Source: an uncultured Spirochaetaceae bacterium (GTDB taxonomy: Bacteria > Spirochaetota > Spirochaetia > SZUA-6 > DRHE01). From it: 64,000 bases of DNA. The notes beneath the pieces were generated by a model. That model did no database searches. It saw only the letters and a program-made list of their open reading frames with translations, and had not been told where the DNA came from. The translations under genes and the position numbers were made by a program. Of this stretch, positions 29,355 to 39,173 are shown in pieces. The stretch covers positions 13,215-77,214 of the forward strand of contig CAZSBH010000007.1 of the NCBI GenBank assembly GCA_964604845.1. Reading direction: 5' to 3'. How positions within the stretch are numbered: position 1 is the stretch's first letter; every line of letters begins with the position of its first letter.

Positions 29355-30743
29355 ATGATGCGTTCGCTTTATTCCGGTGTTTCCGGTCTCCAGAACCACC
29401 AGATTCGAATGGATGTTCTGGGAAACAACATCTCCAACATCAACACTACCGGTTTCAAGAAGGGGCGGGTTAATTTCCAGGACATGCTCTCTCAGACCCT
29501 CTCAGGCGCCGCGAAACCCACCGATGAGGTGGGCGGGGTTAATCCGAAACAGGTCGGTTTGGGGATGGTGATCGCCACGATCGACACGATTCATACCCAA
29601 GGGTCGTTGCAAACGACCGGGGTGATGACGGATCTGGCCGTCCAGGGAGAGGGCTTCTTTATCCTGCAGGACGGGGAGAAACGCTTCTACACCCGCGACG
29701 GCTCATTCGGCATCGATCAGGATGGCCGTTTGGTCAATCCCGCCAATGGATTACGGGTTCAGGGATGGCAGGCCATCACGATTGACGGGATTACCAGGAT
29801 CAACAATGCGGCAGACATCGATGACCTGATTATTCCCGTTGGGGACAAAGACCCGGCGGCGGCTACCACAGAGGTCGAGCTGGCATGTAATCTGGACAAA
29901 CGCACCACCGAGATCCCCCCCGGAGCGGCTCCGCAAACCGTTCTCGACGGAACCTGGACGACAACTTTCGATATCTATGATTCCTTCGGGAATGTCCATC
30001 AGCTGCAGGTCAATTTTACCAAGGTAGTGGGGATCGCCAACCGGTGGCAGGCCGAAGTAATCGTGGATCCGGCCGCAGAGACCCCTACCAACACGCTGGT
30101 TGAAGTGGGGGGAGTCAACAACGCGGATAATCTGTTCTTCATCGATTTTGACAACCTCGGCTCTCTGGCCGCGGTTCTGGACGCCCAGGGGGATACGATT
30201 GCCGAAGGAACGCTGCAGGTCCAGGTGGACTTCGATGTTCCGGAAGCCACGATTCCTGCCGGGGAGGTGGCCGTGCGCCAACTGTTCAACCTCAATCTCG
30301 GAGAGGTGGGAAGCTACAGGACCGCCGTGACCCAATTTGCAGAGAAGAGCTCGACAAAGGCGATCATCCAAAACGGGTATCCGATGGGCTATCTGGAGAG
30401 TTTCAAGATCGACCAGAGCGGGGTGATTACAGGAGTATACTCCAACGGCACCAATCGGGGTATCGGACAGGTTGCGCTGGCCGGCTTTACAAATCCGGGG
30501 GGCTTGGAAAAGGCCGGGGAGAACACCTACGAAGTGTCCAACAACTCCGGAGCAGCGCGTATCGATGCGGCGGGGATCGCCGGGAAGGGGAAAATCATCG
30601 CCGGCGCTCTGGAGATGAGCAACGTGGATTTGGCTGAGCAGTTCACGGACATGATCGTGACCCAGAGAGGGTTCCAGGCCAATTCCCGGACCATTACGAC
30701 CTCCGATCAGATGATCCAAGAACTGTTGACATTGAAACGGTAA
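29355..30743 (+). CDS. flgE: flagellar hook protein FlgE
   Basis: [16 protein letters not shown] start and [37 protein letters not shown] end. The only Cys is at residue 178. Confidence 0.95.
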   Translation: MMRSLYSGVSGLQNHQIRMDVLGNNISNINTTGFKKGRVNFQDMLSQTLSGAAKPTDEVGGVNPKQVGLGMVIATIDTIHTQGSLQTTGVMTDLAVQGEGFFILQDGEKRFYTRDGSFGIDQDGRLVNPANGLRVQGWQAITIDGITRINNAADIDDLIIPVGDKDPAAATTEVELACNLDKRTTEIPPGAAPQTVLDGTWTTTFDIYDSFGNVHQLQVNFTKVVGIANRWQAEVIVDPAAETPTNTLVEVGGVNNADNLFFIDFDNLGSLAAVLDAQGDTIAEGTLQVQVDFDVPEATIPAGEVAVRQLFNLNLGEVGSYRTAVTQFAEKSSTKAIIQNGYPMGYLESFKIDQSGVITGVYSNGTNRGIGQVALAGFTNPGGLEKAGENTYEVSNNSGAARIDAAGIAGKGKIIAGALEMSNVDLAEQFTDMIVTQRGFQANSRTITTSDQMIQELLTLKR

Positions 30744-30761
30744 AGGAATTAGATGAAATAG

Positions 30762-30959
30762 ATGATAGAGGTGACCAGGCTTGATGGGAGGACCTACTAT
30801 GTGAATCCGCACCAGATTGAGTACATCGAGTCCAATCCCGACACAACTATGGTCATGCTCTCCGGGAAGCGGCTAGTGGTGCGCGAGCCGTATGAGCAAA
30901 TTTTGGAGCGAATTGTGAGCTATCGCAGGCTCATCGGGGCCTTTAAGAACGAGGAGTAG
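30762..30959 (+). CDS. flbD: flagellar protein FlbD
   Basis: 65 aa. MIEVTRLDG..YYVNPHQIEYIE..PDTTMVMLSGKRLVVRE matches the FlbD family. Sits before motA. Confidence 0.85.
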   Translation: MIEVTRLDGRTYYVNPHQIEYIESNPDTTMVMLSGKRLVVREPYEQILERIVSYRRLIGAFKNEE

Positions 30960-30962
30960 CGT

Positions 30963-31745
30963 GTGGATCTAGCGACGGTTGTCGGCCTATTGGTTGGATT
31001 TGCGGCCCTGGTAGTTGGTGTTTTCTGGACCGGCGGATCACCAATGGGCTTTGTCAGCATATCCTCAATCTTCATTACGATTGTGGGTTCCTACTGTGCT
31101 CTGATGGTGGCCAACCCCTTGAGCCGTGTGTTGGGCATCATGCGTTACTTCCGCCTTACCTTGCGCATTCCCAACTACGAAGAGGAGCGCATCATCAGTC
31201 AGCTGGTCACCTTCTCCGAGAAGGCCCGCCGGGAGGGCCTTTTGGCATTGGAGGACGATCTGGAGGAGGTGGAGGACGAATTTTTGCGAAAGGGAATCCA
31301 GCTGGTCGTAGACGGGACAGATCCCGACATCATCAAGAACATCCTCTTCAACGAGCTCAACCAGATCCAGTCCCGTCACGCCATCGGCATCGGCATCTTC
31401 GATGACTGGAGCAAAATCGCTCCGGCTTTCGGGATGATCGGTACGTTGATCGGCCTGATCACCATGCTCGCCCAGATCGAGGACAAGTCCGCTATCGGTA
31501 TCGGTATGTCCACAGCGTTGATCACCACCCTCTACGGAGCTATCTTGGCCTACTTGGTGTTTCTGCCTGTAAAACGGAAGCTCGAGGATCGGGATAATTC
31601 GGAAAGCCTGGTGAAGGAGATCATGATCGAGGGGATCCTCTCCATCCAATCGGGGGACAACCCGCGAATACTCGAGGAAAAGCTCCTCGCCTTCCTGCCG
31701 CCGCTGCGTAGAGAGGCGGTGCGCCAGGAAGCGGTGAGGGAGTAG
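30963..31745 (+). CDS. motA: flagellar motor stator protein MotA
   Basis: Four-TM MotA/TolQ/ExbB architecture, with APAFGMIGTLIGLI and ALITTLYGAILAYLVFLP. Confidence 0.9.
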   Translation: MDLATVVGLLVGFAALVVGVFWTGGSPMGFVSISSIFITIVGSYCALMVANPLSRVLGIMRYFRLTLRIPNYEEERIISQLVTFSEKARREGLLALEDDLEEVEDEFLRKGIQLVVDGTDPDIIKNILFNELNQIQSRHAIGIGIFDDWSKIAPAFGMIGTLIGLITMLAQIEDKSAIGIGMSTALITTLYGAILAYLVFLPVKRKLEDRDNSESLVKEIMIEGILSIQSGDNPRILEEKLLAFLPPLRREAVRQEAVRE

Positions 31746-31755
31746 CACAGAATCG

Positions 31756-32487
31756 ATGCCCGTACCGAAAAGGAAAGAGCGGAAGGTCGAAGAGGGATCC
31801 CCCCAGTGGCTGGTCACCTATGGGGACATGACGACCCTCCTGCTGACGTTCTTTATCCTGATGTTCACCACTGCGGAGATCGACGGGGCGGAGCTGCGGA
31901 TGATCCTGGCGGCCTTTCAAGGCCTTGGTTCCCTCCGGGGTGGCAACACCCTCCAGGTCGGCAAGCTGGCCGAGCTGGGACACACGATCATGCGCCTGCC
32001 TTCGCGGGAGGCGGGAAAGGCTCTGGACAAGGCTCGGAGAACCGCGATTTCCCAGTTCCAACCGGAGCTCAAGACCAAGAAGGTGCGCATTAAAGAGGAC
32101 GAACGGGGATTGATCATTTCCCTGGCCGCGGATTCTTTTTTTGAAGCGGCCAGCGCCGAGATCAATATCGAGGAATCCCGACAGGTGTTGCAGAAGGTGG
32201 CAACCCTGATAAGCTCCCCGGATCTGAGCGGGCGTAAGTTTCGCATCGAGGGGCATACGGATAATATTCCCACCGATCCTGGAGGGACCTGGGAAACGAA
32301 CTGGGAGCTTTCCGCTGACCGTGCGGTCAATGTTCTCCACTACCTGGTGGATTTCGGAGTGGATGAGCGCCAGTGCCAGGTGGCGGGATTTGCTGACACC
32401 GTGCCCCTGGCCTCGAACGATACCCGGGAGGGCAGAGCGTACAACCGTCGCGTGGATATTGTTCTGCTTACAGAGGGACATCTATGA
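31756..32487 (+). CDS. motB: flagellar motor stator protein MotB
   Basis: WLVTYGDMTTLLLTFFILMF plug/TM region and OmpA-like C-domain (GHTDNIP...NWELSADRA...NRRVDIVL). Confidence 0.9.
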   Translation: MPVPKRKERKVEEGSPQWLVTYGDMTTLLLTFFILMFTTAEIDGAELRMILAAFQGLGSLRGGNTLQVGKLAELGHTIMRLPSREAGKALDKARRTAISQFQPELKTKKVRIKEDERGLIISLAADSFFEAASAEINIEESRQVLQKVATLISSPDLSGRKFRIEGHTDNIPTDPGGTWETNWELSADRAVNVLHYLVDFGVDERQCQVAGFADTVPLASNDTREGRAYNRRVDIVLLTEGHL

Positions 32488-32539
32488 GAGGTTTGATTTG
32501 CCGGGACAATTTCTCTAAATTTGTAGTTAGGAGCTGTTC

Positions 32540-33094
32540 ATGTCCGACGAAGAGGGCTTGAGTTTAGAGGATGTAGGTGCGGGACCCGAGGAGATAGCTC
32601 CAGCAGGGAGAAGATCGGGTTTCCTACCCACCTTTTTGGTACGAATTCTCAAATGGGTGGCGATTGGTCTGGGTTTCGTCATACTGGGGGTTACCACCAC
32701 CGTCGTGACCTTCAACCTGGTAAATCGGGGCCGGGCCGGTTCTGAACTTCGGGACATATCTCCCGCGTACAGCGCACGGCCGGAACCTTTGAATTACGAC
32801 GATACACTGGAGGAGATACGCGGAGTCACTTCCGATGAAGTGCCGGCCATTTTCAGTGCGCGGATCAGTCTGGGATACGAACTGGGAAAGCAGCAGCTGG
32901 CATTCGAAATCGCAGCCCGAAAACGGGAAATACAGAACATCGTTCTTCTGTATTTGAGCAACAAGAAAAGCGATCAGCTCAGACCCGAGCGCTACGCTCA
33001 GATTCAAGAAGAATTGAAGAGCAGCATCAACCGGGTGCTCAAGGAAGGTCAGATCGAGCAGGTGGTTTTCCGGGATTTTGTGGTGACCCAGTAG
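32540..33094 (+). CDS. fliL: flagellar basal body-associated protein FliL
   Basis: Single TM followed by a FliL-type domain (ISLGYELG...IQNIVLLYLS...LKEELKSSIN). Sits after motB. Confidence 0.85.
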   Translation: MSDEEGLSLEDVGAGPEEIAPAGRRSGFLPTFLVRILKWVAIGLGFVILGVTTTVVTFNLVNRGRAGSELRDISPAYSARPEPLNYDDTLEEIRGVTSDEVPAIFSARISLGYELGKQQLAFEIAARKREIQNIVLLYLSNKKSDQLRPERYAQIQEELKSSINRVLKEGQIEQVVFRDFVVTQ

Positions 33095-33107
33095 GAGTTT
33101 GTAGTTC

Positions 33108-34139
33108 ATGGCGGAAGTACTTTCCCAGGACGAGATAGACCAACTGCTTTCGGCGATCTCAGCCGGAGAGATCTCGACGGAGGAGATACACCAGCCGCGG
33201 GATCAGCGCAAAATCAAGATCTATGATTTCAAGCGGCCGGACAAGTTCTCCAAAGACCAGATCCGCACGGTTTCGATCATGCACGAGACCTTTGCCCGGC
33301 TTACCACGACCTCGATGTCGGCTCAGCTTCGCAGCTTGGTACATGTCCATGTGGCTTCCGTGGATCAGCTCACCTATGAAGAGTTCATCCGTTCGATTCC
33401 CAACCCGACGACTCTGGCGGTGATCGACATGGATCCCCTCAAAGGTTCGGCGATTCTGGAAATCGACCCGGCCATAACCTTTTCAGTCATCGATAGGCTC
33501 TTTGGGGGTCAGGGCGAAGGGGCCAAGTTCTCCAGAGATCTCACGGATATCGAGCAGGCGGTCATGGAGGGGATCATCGTCCGAGTTCTGGGAAACCTGC
33601 GGGAGAGTTGGAGCACCGTGATCGACCTTCGGCCCCGTCTGGGCGGGATCGAAACCAATCCTCAGTTTGCCCAGATTGTGCCTCCTTCGGAAATGGTCAT
33701 CCTGATCACTCTGGAGACCAAAGTCGGCGAGGTAGAGGGAATGATGAATCTCTGCATCCCCTATCTCACGATAGAGCCGATCATCTCGAAGCTCTCGGCC
33801 CAATACTGGTACGCTTCGACTCGACGTGGAACCACGACGGAAAATTTGAATATACTGCGGGATCGTTTGGCCGCAGTGACAGTCACGATGATGGCTGAGA
33901 TCGGTTGTATGGATATCAAGGTCCGTGACGTGCTGGCCCTGCGAACCGGGGATATCATTCGCCTGGATTCAGTCAGGATCAACGATCCGCTGACTTTGCG
34001 GATCGGCGAGCGAAGGAAGTTCCTCTGCCGTCCCGGAGTGCTGGGGAACAAGATGGCTGTACAGGTGATCAAGAAGCTGGAAGATATCGACCAGGCGGAT
34101 TTTGAGGAACTAACCACCGGTGGGGAGGAAGAGGTATGA
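33108..34139 (+). CDS. fliM: flagellar motor switch protein FliM
   Basis: N-terminal LSQDEIDQLL CheY-P binding peptide, FliM middle domain, C-terminal SpoA segment. Confidence 0.95.
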   Translation: MAEVLSQDEIDQLLSAISAGEISTEEIHQPRDQRKIKIYDFKRPDKFSKDQIRTVSIMHETFARLTTTSMSAQLRSLVHVHVASVDQLTYEEFIRSIPNPTTLAVIDMDPLKGSAILEIDPAITFSVIDRLFGGQGEGAKFSRDLTDIEQAVMEGIIVRVLGNLRESWSTVIDLRPRLGGIETNPQFAQIVPPSEMVILITLETKVGEVEGMMNLCIPYLTIEPIISKLSAQYWYASTRRGTTTENLNILRDRLAAVTVTMMAEIGCMDIKVRDVLALRTGDIIRLDSVRINDPLTLRIGERRKFLCRPGVLGNKMAVQVIKKLEDIDQADFEELTTGGEEEV

Positions 34140-35260
34140 GTGACGGATCACTATCCCAAGACGAAATTGATGCACTATTGCAGGAAACGGAGAGCTTGGA
34201 AATCGAGACGGGTTTCGGGGGAGGAAGTGAGCCTCTCTCGGACGAGGAAAAGGCGAGTTTTCTAGCGCTCCTCGAGGGTGTCATTGACTCTCAAGCCTCG
34301 AATCTGTCCATACTGACGCGGAAAAACGTCAATCTGGAAAAGCCCACTCTCGAGCTGGTAATGGGAGAAGAGATACTGGAGCAGCTGCCCGACGAAGTCG
34401 TCGATGTAAAGCTGGATTTTACGGATGCGGTGCAGGGGGAACATTCCTACCTGGTAGATTCTGCTACCGCCCGAGCGGTCGCCGGCTTGATGATGGGTCA
34501 AAGCGGAGTCGAGCTTGACGACGCGGCTCTTTCCGCGGTGGCCGAGGCCCTGTCCCAGATCAGCGGGCCGGTGGCTACCGAGATCGGCAATCAGAGCGCG
34601 AAAACGATACAGAATGCCCCGCCGGATTTTCAGCTGGCCACAAAAGACAAGGTTCGCCTGCCCCAGGGTGAGGTGGTCGTCAAGCTGCAGTACCCCCTGA
34701 TGATCGAAGGGGAGAATCCCGCCCAGCTCGTGGAGCTGTATTCTCTGTCTTTGGCCAAGGAGATACTCAATATAACCGCCGGAGCCGCGGAACAGGCCGG
34801 CGCCGCATCAGCTGCCGCCCCTAGTTTCGCCGGAGCAGGTGTGGGTGCTCCGGCTCCGGGAGCCCAGGCAGGTATCGCCCAGACCTTTGGGCAGGCTTTC
34901 GGAGCCCCCCAGGGCATCGGGCTGGGCTCGAGCCAGGCTCCACCCAACGTCCAACCGGTGCAGTTCGCGAATCTTCAGAGTTCCGGTGTCCAGGGCGAAC
35001 AGGGGAATATCGGGCTGCTCATGGACGTATACATGGAGCTGACCGTGGAACTGGGTAGAACCCGAAAACTGATTCGGGAGATCCTGGGTATCGGCGAAGG
35101 TACGATCATTGAATTGGACAAGTTGGCAGGTGAGCCGGTGGACATACTTGTGAACCACAAGCTCATTGCCAAAGGCGAGGTCGTGGTTATCGACGAAAAC
35201 TTCGGTGTCCGGGTGACGGAAATCGTATCACCTATGCAGAGGATGAGTGATTTGACTTAA
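34136..35260 (+). CDS. fliY: flagellar motor switch protein FliY/FliN (CheC-like middle domain + SpoA C-domain)
   Basis: N-terminal LSQDEIDALL. C-terminal VELGRTRKLIREILGIGEGTIIELDKLAGEPVDILVNHKLIAKGEVVVIDENFGVRVTEI is the FliN/SpoA fold. Ala/Gly/Pro-rich linker. Confidence 0.85.
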   Translation: MSDGSLSQDEIDALLQETESLEIETGFGGGSEPLSDEEKASFLALLEGVIDSQASNLSILTRKNVNLEKPTLELVMGEEILEQLPDEVVDVKLDFTDAVQGEHSYLVDSATARAVAGLMMGQSGVELDDAALSAVAEALSQISGPVATEIGNQSAKTIQNAPPDFQLATKDKVRLPQGEVVVKLQYPLMIEGENPAQLVELYSLSLAKEILNITAGAAEQAGAASAAAPSFAGAGVGAPAPGAQAGIAQTFGQAFGAPQGIGLGSSQAPPNVQPVQFANLQSSGVQGEQGNIGLLMDVYMELTVELGRTRKLIREILGIGEGTIIELDKLAGEPVDILVNHKLIAKGEVVVIDENFGVRVTEIVSPMQRMSDLT

Positions 35261-35309
35261 ACTTAAGATTGGCGTACAATAAAGGGCTTAGAGTTTTTGG
35301 GAGGGGAAC

Positions 35310-35954
35310 GTGAAATCCACACATCATATGCCGTACTGGGGGCGGAGTAGGCTTTTATTATTTCTGCTGTTGCTTCTTCTCGCGCCGGTCGTCGGTTCCC
35401 AGGCGCAGGAAAGTGCCGAAAACGCCACCGCAAAGACAACGGTGGGACGTCCGCTCGAAGAGTCATTGCTGATCCTCGATCCCGGCGAACCGACCGAGGC
35501 TGCCGATACCGAGGAAGTGCAGGGGGGACCGCTGGTTTCGTCGTGGGACTTTCTGCGTATGGTATTGATCCTGGCCGCAGTTGTCGGGGTGATCTACCTG
35601 CTCTTTTGGCTGCTCAAACGGGGTATGCGGCGGCAACTTCCACAAAACGATCTCATACACCTGCTCGGTACTCGTAACCTGACGGGAAACCGCGCCTTGC
35701 ACCTTGTCGAACTGGGAAAGCAGGTTTTTCTGGTGGGTGCTGCCGAAGGGAACATCTCTCTGATATCGGAAATAAAAAACCAGGAAACGCTGGACACGAT
35801 AACCCTAGAACAATCGCAGATGCAGACCCGTGCGACTCAGGGTTTCTCGCATTTTTTCCAGTCCTTCCTGAAGTCGGGTAAACAACAAGGATCCTCGGTA
35901 GGGGATACGATTGATTTCATGAAGCAGCAGAGACAGCGCTTGGAGAAGCTATAG
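35310..35954 (+). CDS. fliO: flagellar biosynthesis protein FliO/FliZ
   Basis: Signal-like N-terminus, one central TM (MVLILAAVVGVIYLLFWLL), then LHLVELGKQVFLVG. Sits immediately before fliP. Confidence 0.6.
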   Translation: MKSTHHMPYWGRSRLLLFLLLLLLAPVVGSQAQESAENATAKTTVGRPLEESLLILDPGEPTEAADTEEVQGGPLVSSWDFLRMVLILAAVVGVIYLLFWLLKRGMRRQLPQNDLIHLLGTRNLTGNRALHLVELGKQVFLVGAAEGNISLISEIKNQETLDTITLEQSQMQTRATQGFSHFFQSFLKSGKQQGSSVGDTIDFMKQQRQRLEKL

Positions 35955-35979
35955 CGACGTCATTTAACTGGGAGGGGAA

Positions 35980-36765
35980 ATGAAAAAAAAGACTCTACTA
36001 CTACTATTCATATTCGGGGTGTTGCTGCTGCCCGTCGTTGCCTTCCCTCAAGATACAGGATTAAGGCCCGCGGCACCCGGAGCTCCCTTTCCCTACGTTG
36101 ACCTGAACGTGCGGGAAGCGCAGAGCAATCGGGAGGTCGTTCTTTCGATACAGTTGCTTCTGCTCCTGGCGGTGCTGACCCTCGCCCCCTCGATTCTTAT
36201 ACTCATGACTTCGTTCCTGCGCATCGCCATTGTCTTCGATTTCGTCAAACGCGCCTTGTCCCTTCAGCAGGTTCCCCCGAACCAGATTTTGATGGGATTA
36301 GCCCTTTTTCTGTCGCTGTTCATCATGTGGCCTACGTTCAACTCGATCTACAACGAGTCCTTCAAGCCTTTTGCCGAGGGGGAGATCGGGATCGATTCGA
36401 TGTACAGGAATGCTGAAAGTCCTCTGCGGTTGTTCATGTACAGGCAGATGCAGAAAGACCCGGAGAACATCCGCCTGTTCATGAGAATGCGCGAGCTGCC
36501 TAAGCCGAATACTCTCGCCGATGTGCCTACCGAAATTCTCATTCCCGCCTTTGTGTTGCACGAGCTCACCGTGGCTTTTAAAATCGGGATCCTTCTGTTC
36601 ATCCCTTTTATCATCATCGATATCGTGGTGGCTTCGACTCTTATGTCGATGGGAATGATTATGCTTCCGCCTGTGATGATTTCGCTTCCCTTCAAGCTGA
36701 TCTTGTTCGTGTTGGTGGATGGGTGGAATCTTCTCACCCTTCAGATCGTACAGAGTTTCCGATAA
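35980..36765 (+). CDS. fliP: flagellar export apparatus protein FliP
   Basis: TSFLRIAIVFDFVKRALSLQQVPPNQIL and ELTVAFKIGILLFIPFIIIDIVVAS motifs. Confidence 0.95.
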   Translation: MKKKTLLLLFIFGVLLLPVVAFPQDTGLRPAAPGAPFPYVDLNVREAQSNREVVLSIQLLLLLAVLTLAPSILILMTSFLRIAIVFDFVKRALSLQQVPPNQILMGLALFLSLFIMWPTFNSIYNESFKPFAEGEIGIDSMYRNAESPLRLFMYRQMQKDPENIRLFMRMRELPKPNTLADVPTEILIPAFVLHELTVAFKIGILLFIPFIIIDIVVASTLMSMGMIMLPPVMISLPFKLILFVLVDGWNLLTLQIVQSFR

Positions 36766-36784
36766 TAGAAGAAGGAGGGGAAAA

Positions 36785-37054
36785 GTGTCTATAGGATTTG
36801 CCATTAACTTGATCCGCGGCGGAGCGCTTCAGGCGCTGATGATCGCCGCACCCCTGCTGCTGGTAGGGATGCTGGTCGGACTAATCATTTCAATTTTCCA
36901 GGCGACGACTTCGATCCAGGAGCAGACCCTTACCTTCGTGCCGAAGATAGCCGCCATTCTCGGAGCTTTGATTCTTTTCGGGCCGTGGATCATTGTGTCC
37001 ATGGTTCAATTCACCCTGAGATTGTTCGGTCGAATCCCGGAGTTGGGTGGATAG
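36785..37054 (+). CDS. fliQ: flagellar export apparatus protein FliQ
   Basis: 89 aa, two TM, FQATTSIQEQTLTFVPK motif. GTG 36785 sits behind GAAGGAGGGG; the track ORF from 36719 overlaps fliP. Confidence 0.9.
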   Translation: MSIGFAINLIRGGALQALMIAAPLLLVGMLVGLIISIFQATTSIQEQTLTFVPKIAAILGALILFGPWIIVSMVQFTLRLFGRIPELGG

Positions 37055-37057
37055 CCA

Positions 37058-37849
37058 GTGATCGGAACCCTGGTCGTAAATTTCCGAGTGTTTCTCATAA
37101 TCTTTGTACGGGTCGCAGCCTTGATCCAGGTTGCGCCGTTGCTTTCCTCCGGGGCGATCCCCCAGACAGCCAAGCTCGGATTCGCCCTGTTCGTATCCGC
37201 GGCGATTTTTCCCTGGGTCGCCGAGCAGGGTTATCTTCTGCCTGAAAACGCCGTGGATTACTTCCTCGTAGTCGTGGGGGAGGCCATGATCGGCATCATC
37301 CTCGGCTTTTTCCTGAACATCATCTTCGCAGTTTTTCAGGTCGCCGGGCAGTTCTTCTCCCTGCAGATGGGTTTCGGAGCTTCCCAGGTATTTGATCCAC
37401 TGGCCCAGATCGAGATCCCCCTGATGGGGCAGTTCCTCAACATCGCGGGGATGTTCACATTCCTGGTAATCTCGGGGGCCCAGAAGCTGCTTCTCGTCGG
37501 GGTGTACAGATCGTTTCAATCGATTCGAGCGGTCGATCTTGTCGCCGGGCGATCGTACCTGTTGTCGCTGTTTTTACGAAGTCTCGGAGAGCTGTTCGTC
37601 AATTCCCTGACGATTGCCTTTCCGATCTTGGGTACCTTGCTTCTCGTATCGGTAACCATGGGGCTGTTGGCAAAGGCCGCTCCTCAGATGAACCTGCTGA
37701 TGATGGGCTTTCCCATCGCAATCGGCACAGCGCTGATTGTCATCGCGGCGGCCACACCCTTTCTGATCGGAGCCTTCAGCAGGCTGCTCGAAGGCGGCTT
37801 TGAGCAACTGGGATCGATAATAACGAGTCTAAAAGGATCGGGAGGATAA
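37058..37849 (+). CDS. fliR: flagellar export apparatus protein FliR
   Basis: Polytopic 263-aa protein with FliR-like FSLQMGFGASQVFDP motif. Sits between fliQ and flhB. Confidence 0.9.
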   Translation: MIGTLVVNFRVFLIIFVRVAALIQVAPLLSSGAIPQTAKLGFALFVSAAIFPWVAEQGYLLPENAVDYFLVVVGEAMIGIILGFFLNIIFAVFQVAGQFFSLQMGFGASQVFDPLAQIEIPLMGQFLNIAGMFTFLVISGAQKLLLVGVYRSFQSIRAVDLVAGRSYLLSLFLRSLGELFVNSLTIAFPILGTLLLVSVTMGLLAKAAPQMNLLMMGFPIAIGTALIVIAAATPFLIGAFSRLLEGGFEQLGSIITSLKGSGG

Positions 37850-37852
37850 GCC

Positions 37853-39025
37853 GTGTTCGCAGACGCCACGAACTGCTGCTGTGCAACCGTTTATCCGACC
37901 AATGCTCCAGGTTTCAAGCAAAGGACCCCCTTTGACATTCATCTCCAATGGTTCGCCGCCGAGGACGAAGGCCGAACCGAGGAACCTACCGAGCACAAAC
38001 TGCGCAAGGCCCGGGAAGAGGGTAAAGTAGCCAAGAGCGCGGAATTGAGCTCCTCCCTGGTGCTATTGTTCGGGATCGCTACCCTGGGCTTGATCTCTTC
38101 CTACTTTCTGAAAAACATTCTTTCGATGCTGCGCTTCTTTTTGCAGCACTCAACGGAGTTGGACATCACCTCGGATGGGGGGCTGGTCTCGGCGTTCTAC
38201 AACTACTTCTTCAGGCTCACCTTGCCGGTACTGCTGGTCGCTTTCCTGGCGGCATTCCTGGGAAATGTAGTACAAGTGGGATTCCTCTTTTCTTCTAAAC
38301 CGATTACTCCGGATCTGGATAGAATCGTACCGCGTTTCGGTCGTTTTTTCAGAAGAGCCATGTTCTCCGGGGAGGCTGCCTTCAATCTCGGCAAGACCCT
38401 GATGAAAGTGGCGGTGATCTTCTCCCTTGCTTTCATCAATATACGAGTCCAGCTGCCCAAGCTCGTGAATCTTATGGACATGCACTACATGACGGCTTTT
38501 CGATTCGTTGTTTCGATTGCTTTCCGGATCATTGTAGAAGCGGCCATTGCCATGATGATACTCTCGATTCCGGATTATATGTTTCAGCGACGGCAGCACA
38601 GAGAGTCTCTGAAAATGTCCCGTCAGGAAATCAAAGAAGAGCGGCGAATGTACGAGGGAGACCCTCTGATAAAGAGTCGATTACGGGAGCGAATGCGTGA
38701 CCTGTTGACTCGCAATATGATGCGGGCTGTACCCAAGGCGGATGTTGTGATAACCAACCCGACCCACTATTCGGTGGCTGTGGAGTACGACCGGCTGGTC
38801 ATGGAGGCTCCCATGGTTACGGCTAAGGGGGTGGACGCCATTGCCATGAAGATCCGGGAAATAGCCAAGGAAAACGATGTTCCGCTGATCGAGAACAAAC
38901 CCCTGGCCCGCACGTTGTACCAGGAAGTGGAGATAGGGGATGTAATACCGGAGAAATATTACGAGGTGATGGCGATAATCCTTGCCGAGGTGTACAAACT
39001 GGGTAACCGCGAGGCGACGGCATGA
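37853..39025 (+). CDS. flhB: flagellar export switch protein FlhB
   Basis: EDEGRTEEPTEHKLRKAREEGKVAKS start region and NPTH autocleavage site (VITNPTHYSVAV). Has an N-terminal extension of about 25 aa if GTG 37853 is used. Confidence 0.9.
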   Translation: MFADATNCCCATVYPTNAPGFKQRTPFDIHLQWFAAEDEGRTEEPTEHKLRKAREEGKVAKSAELSSSLVLLFGIATLGLISSYFLKNILSMLRFFLQHSTELDITSDGGLVSAFYNYFFRLTLPVLLVAFLAAFLGNVVQVGFLFSSKPITPDLDRIVPRFGRFFRRAMFSGEAAFNLGKTLMKVAVIFSLAFINIRVQLPKLVNLMDMHYMTAFRFVVSIAFRIIVEAAIAMMILSIPDYMFQRRQHRESLKMSRQEIKEERRMYEGDPLIKSRLRERMRDLLTRNMMRAVPKADVVITNPTHYSVAVEYDRLVMEAPMVTAKGVDAIAMKIREIAKENDVPLIENKPLARTLYQEVEIGDVIPEKYYEVMAIILAEVYKLGNREATA

Positions 39026-39080
39026 GAACAACCAGTTCGGGTGGAGCACCGAGCGGTGAGGTAACCGTCAATTGCGAGGC

Positions 39081-39155
39081 GCCTTCACGGAGGGTGGCGT
39101 CCTCGCCTTCACGGAGGGTGGCGTCCTCGCCTTCACGGAGGGTGGCGTCCTCGCC
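39081..39155. repeat. perfect 24-bp tandem repeat, 3 copies plus 3 nt, in the flhB-flhA spacer
   Basis: GCCTTCACGGAGGGTGGCGTCCTC at 39081-39104, 39105-39128 and 39129-39152, then GCC. No mismatches. Confidence 0.95.
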
Positions 39156-39173
39156 AGCTTGAGAGGTGGATAA

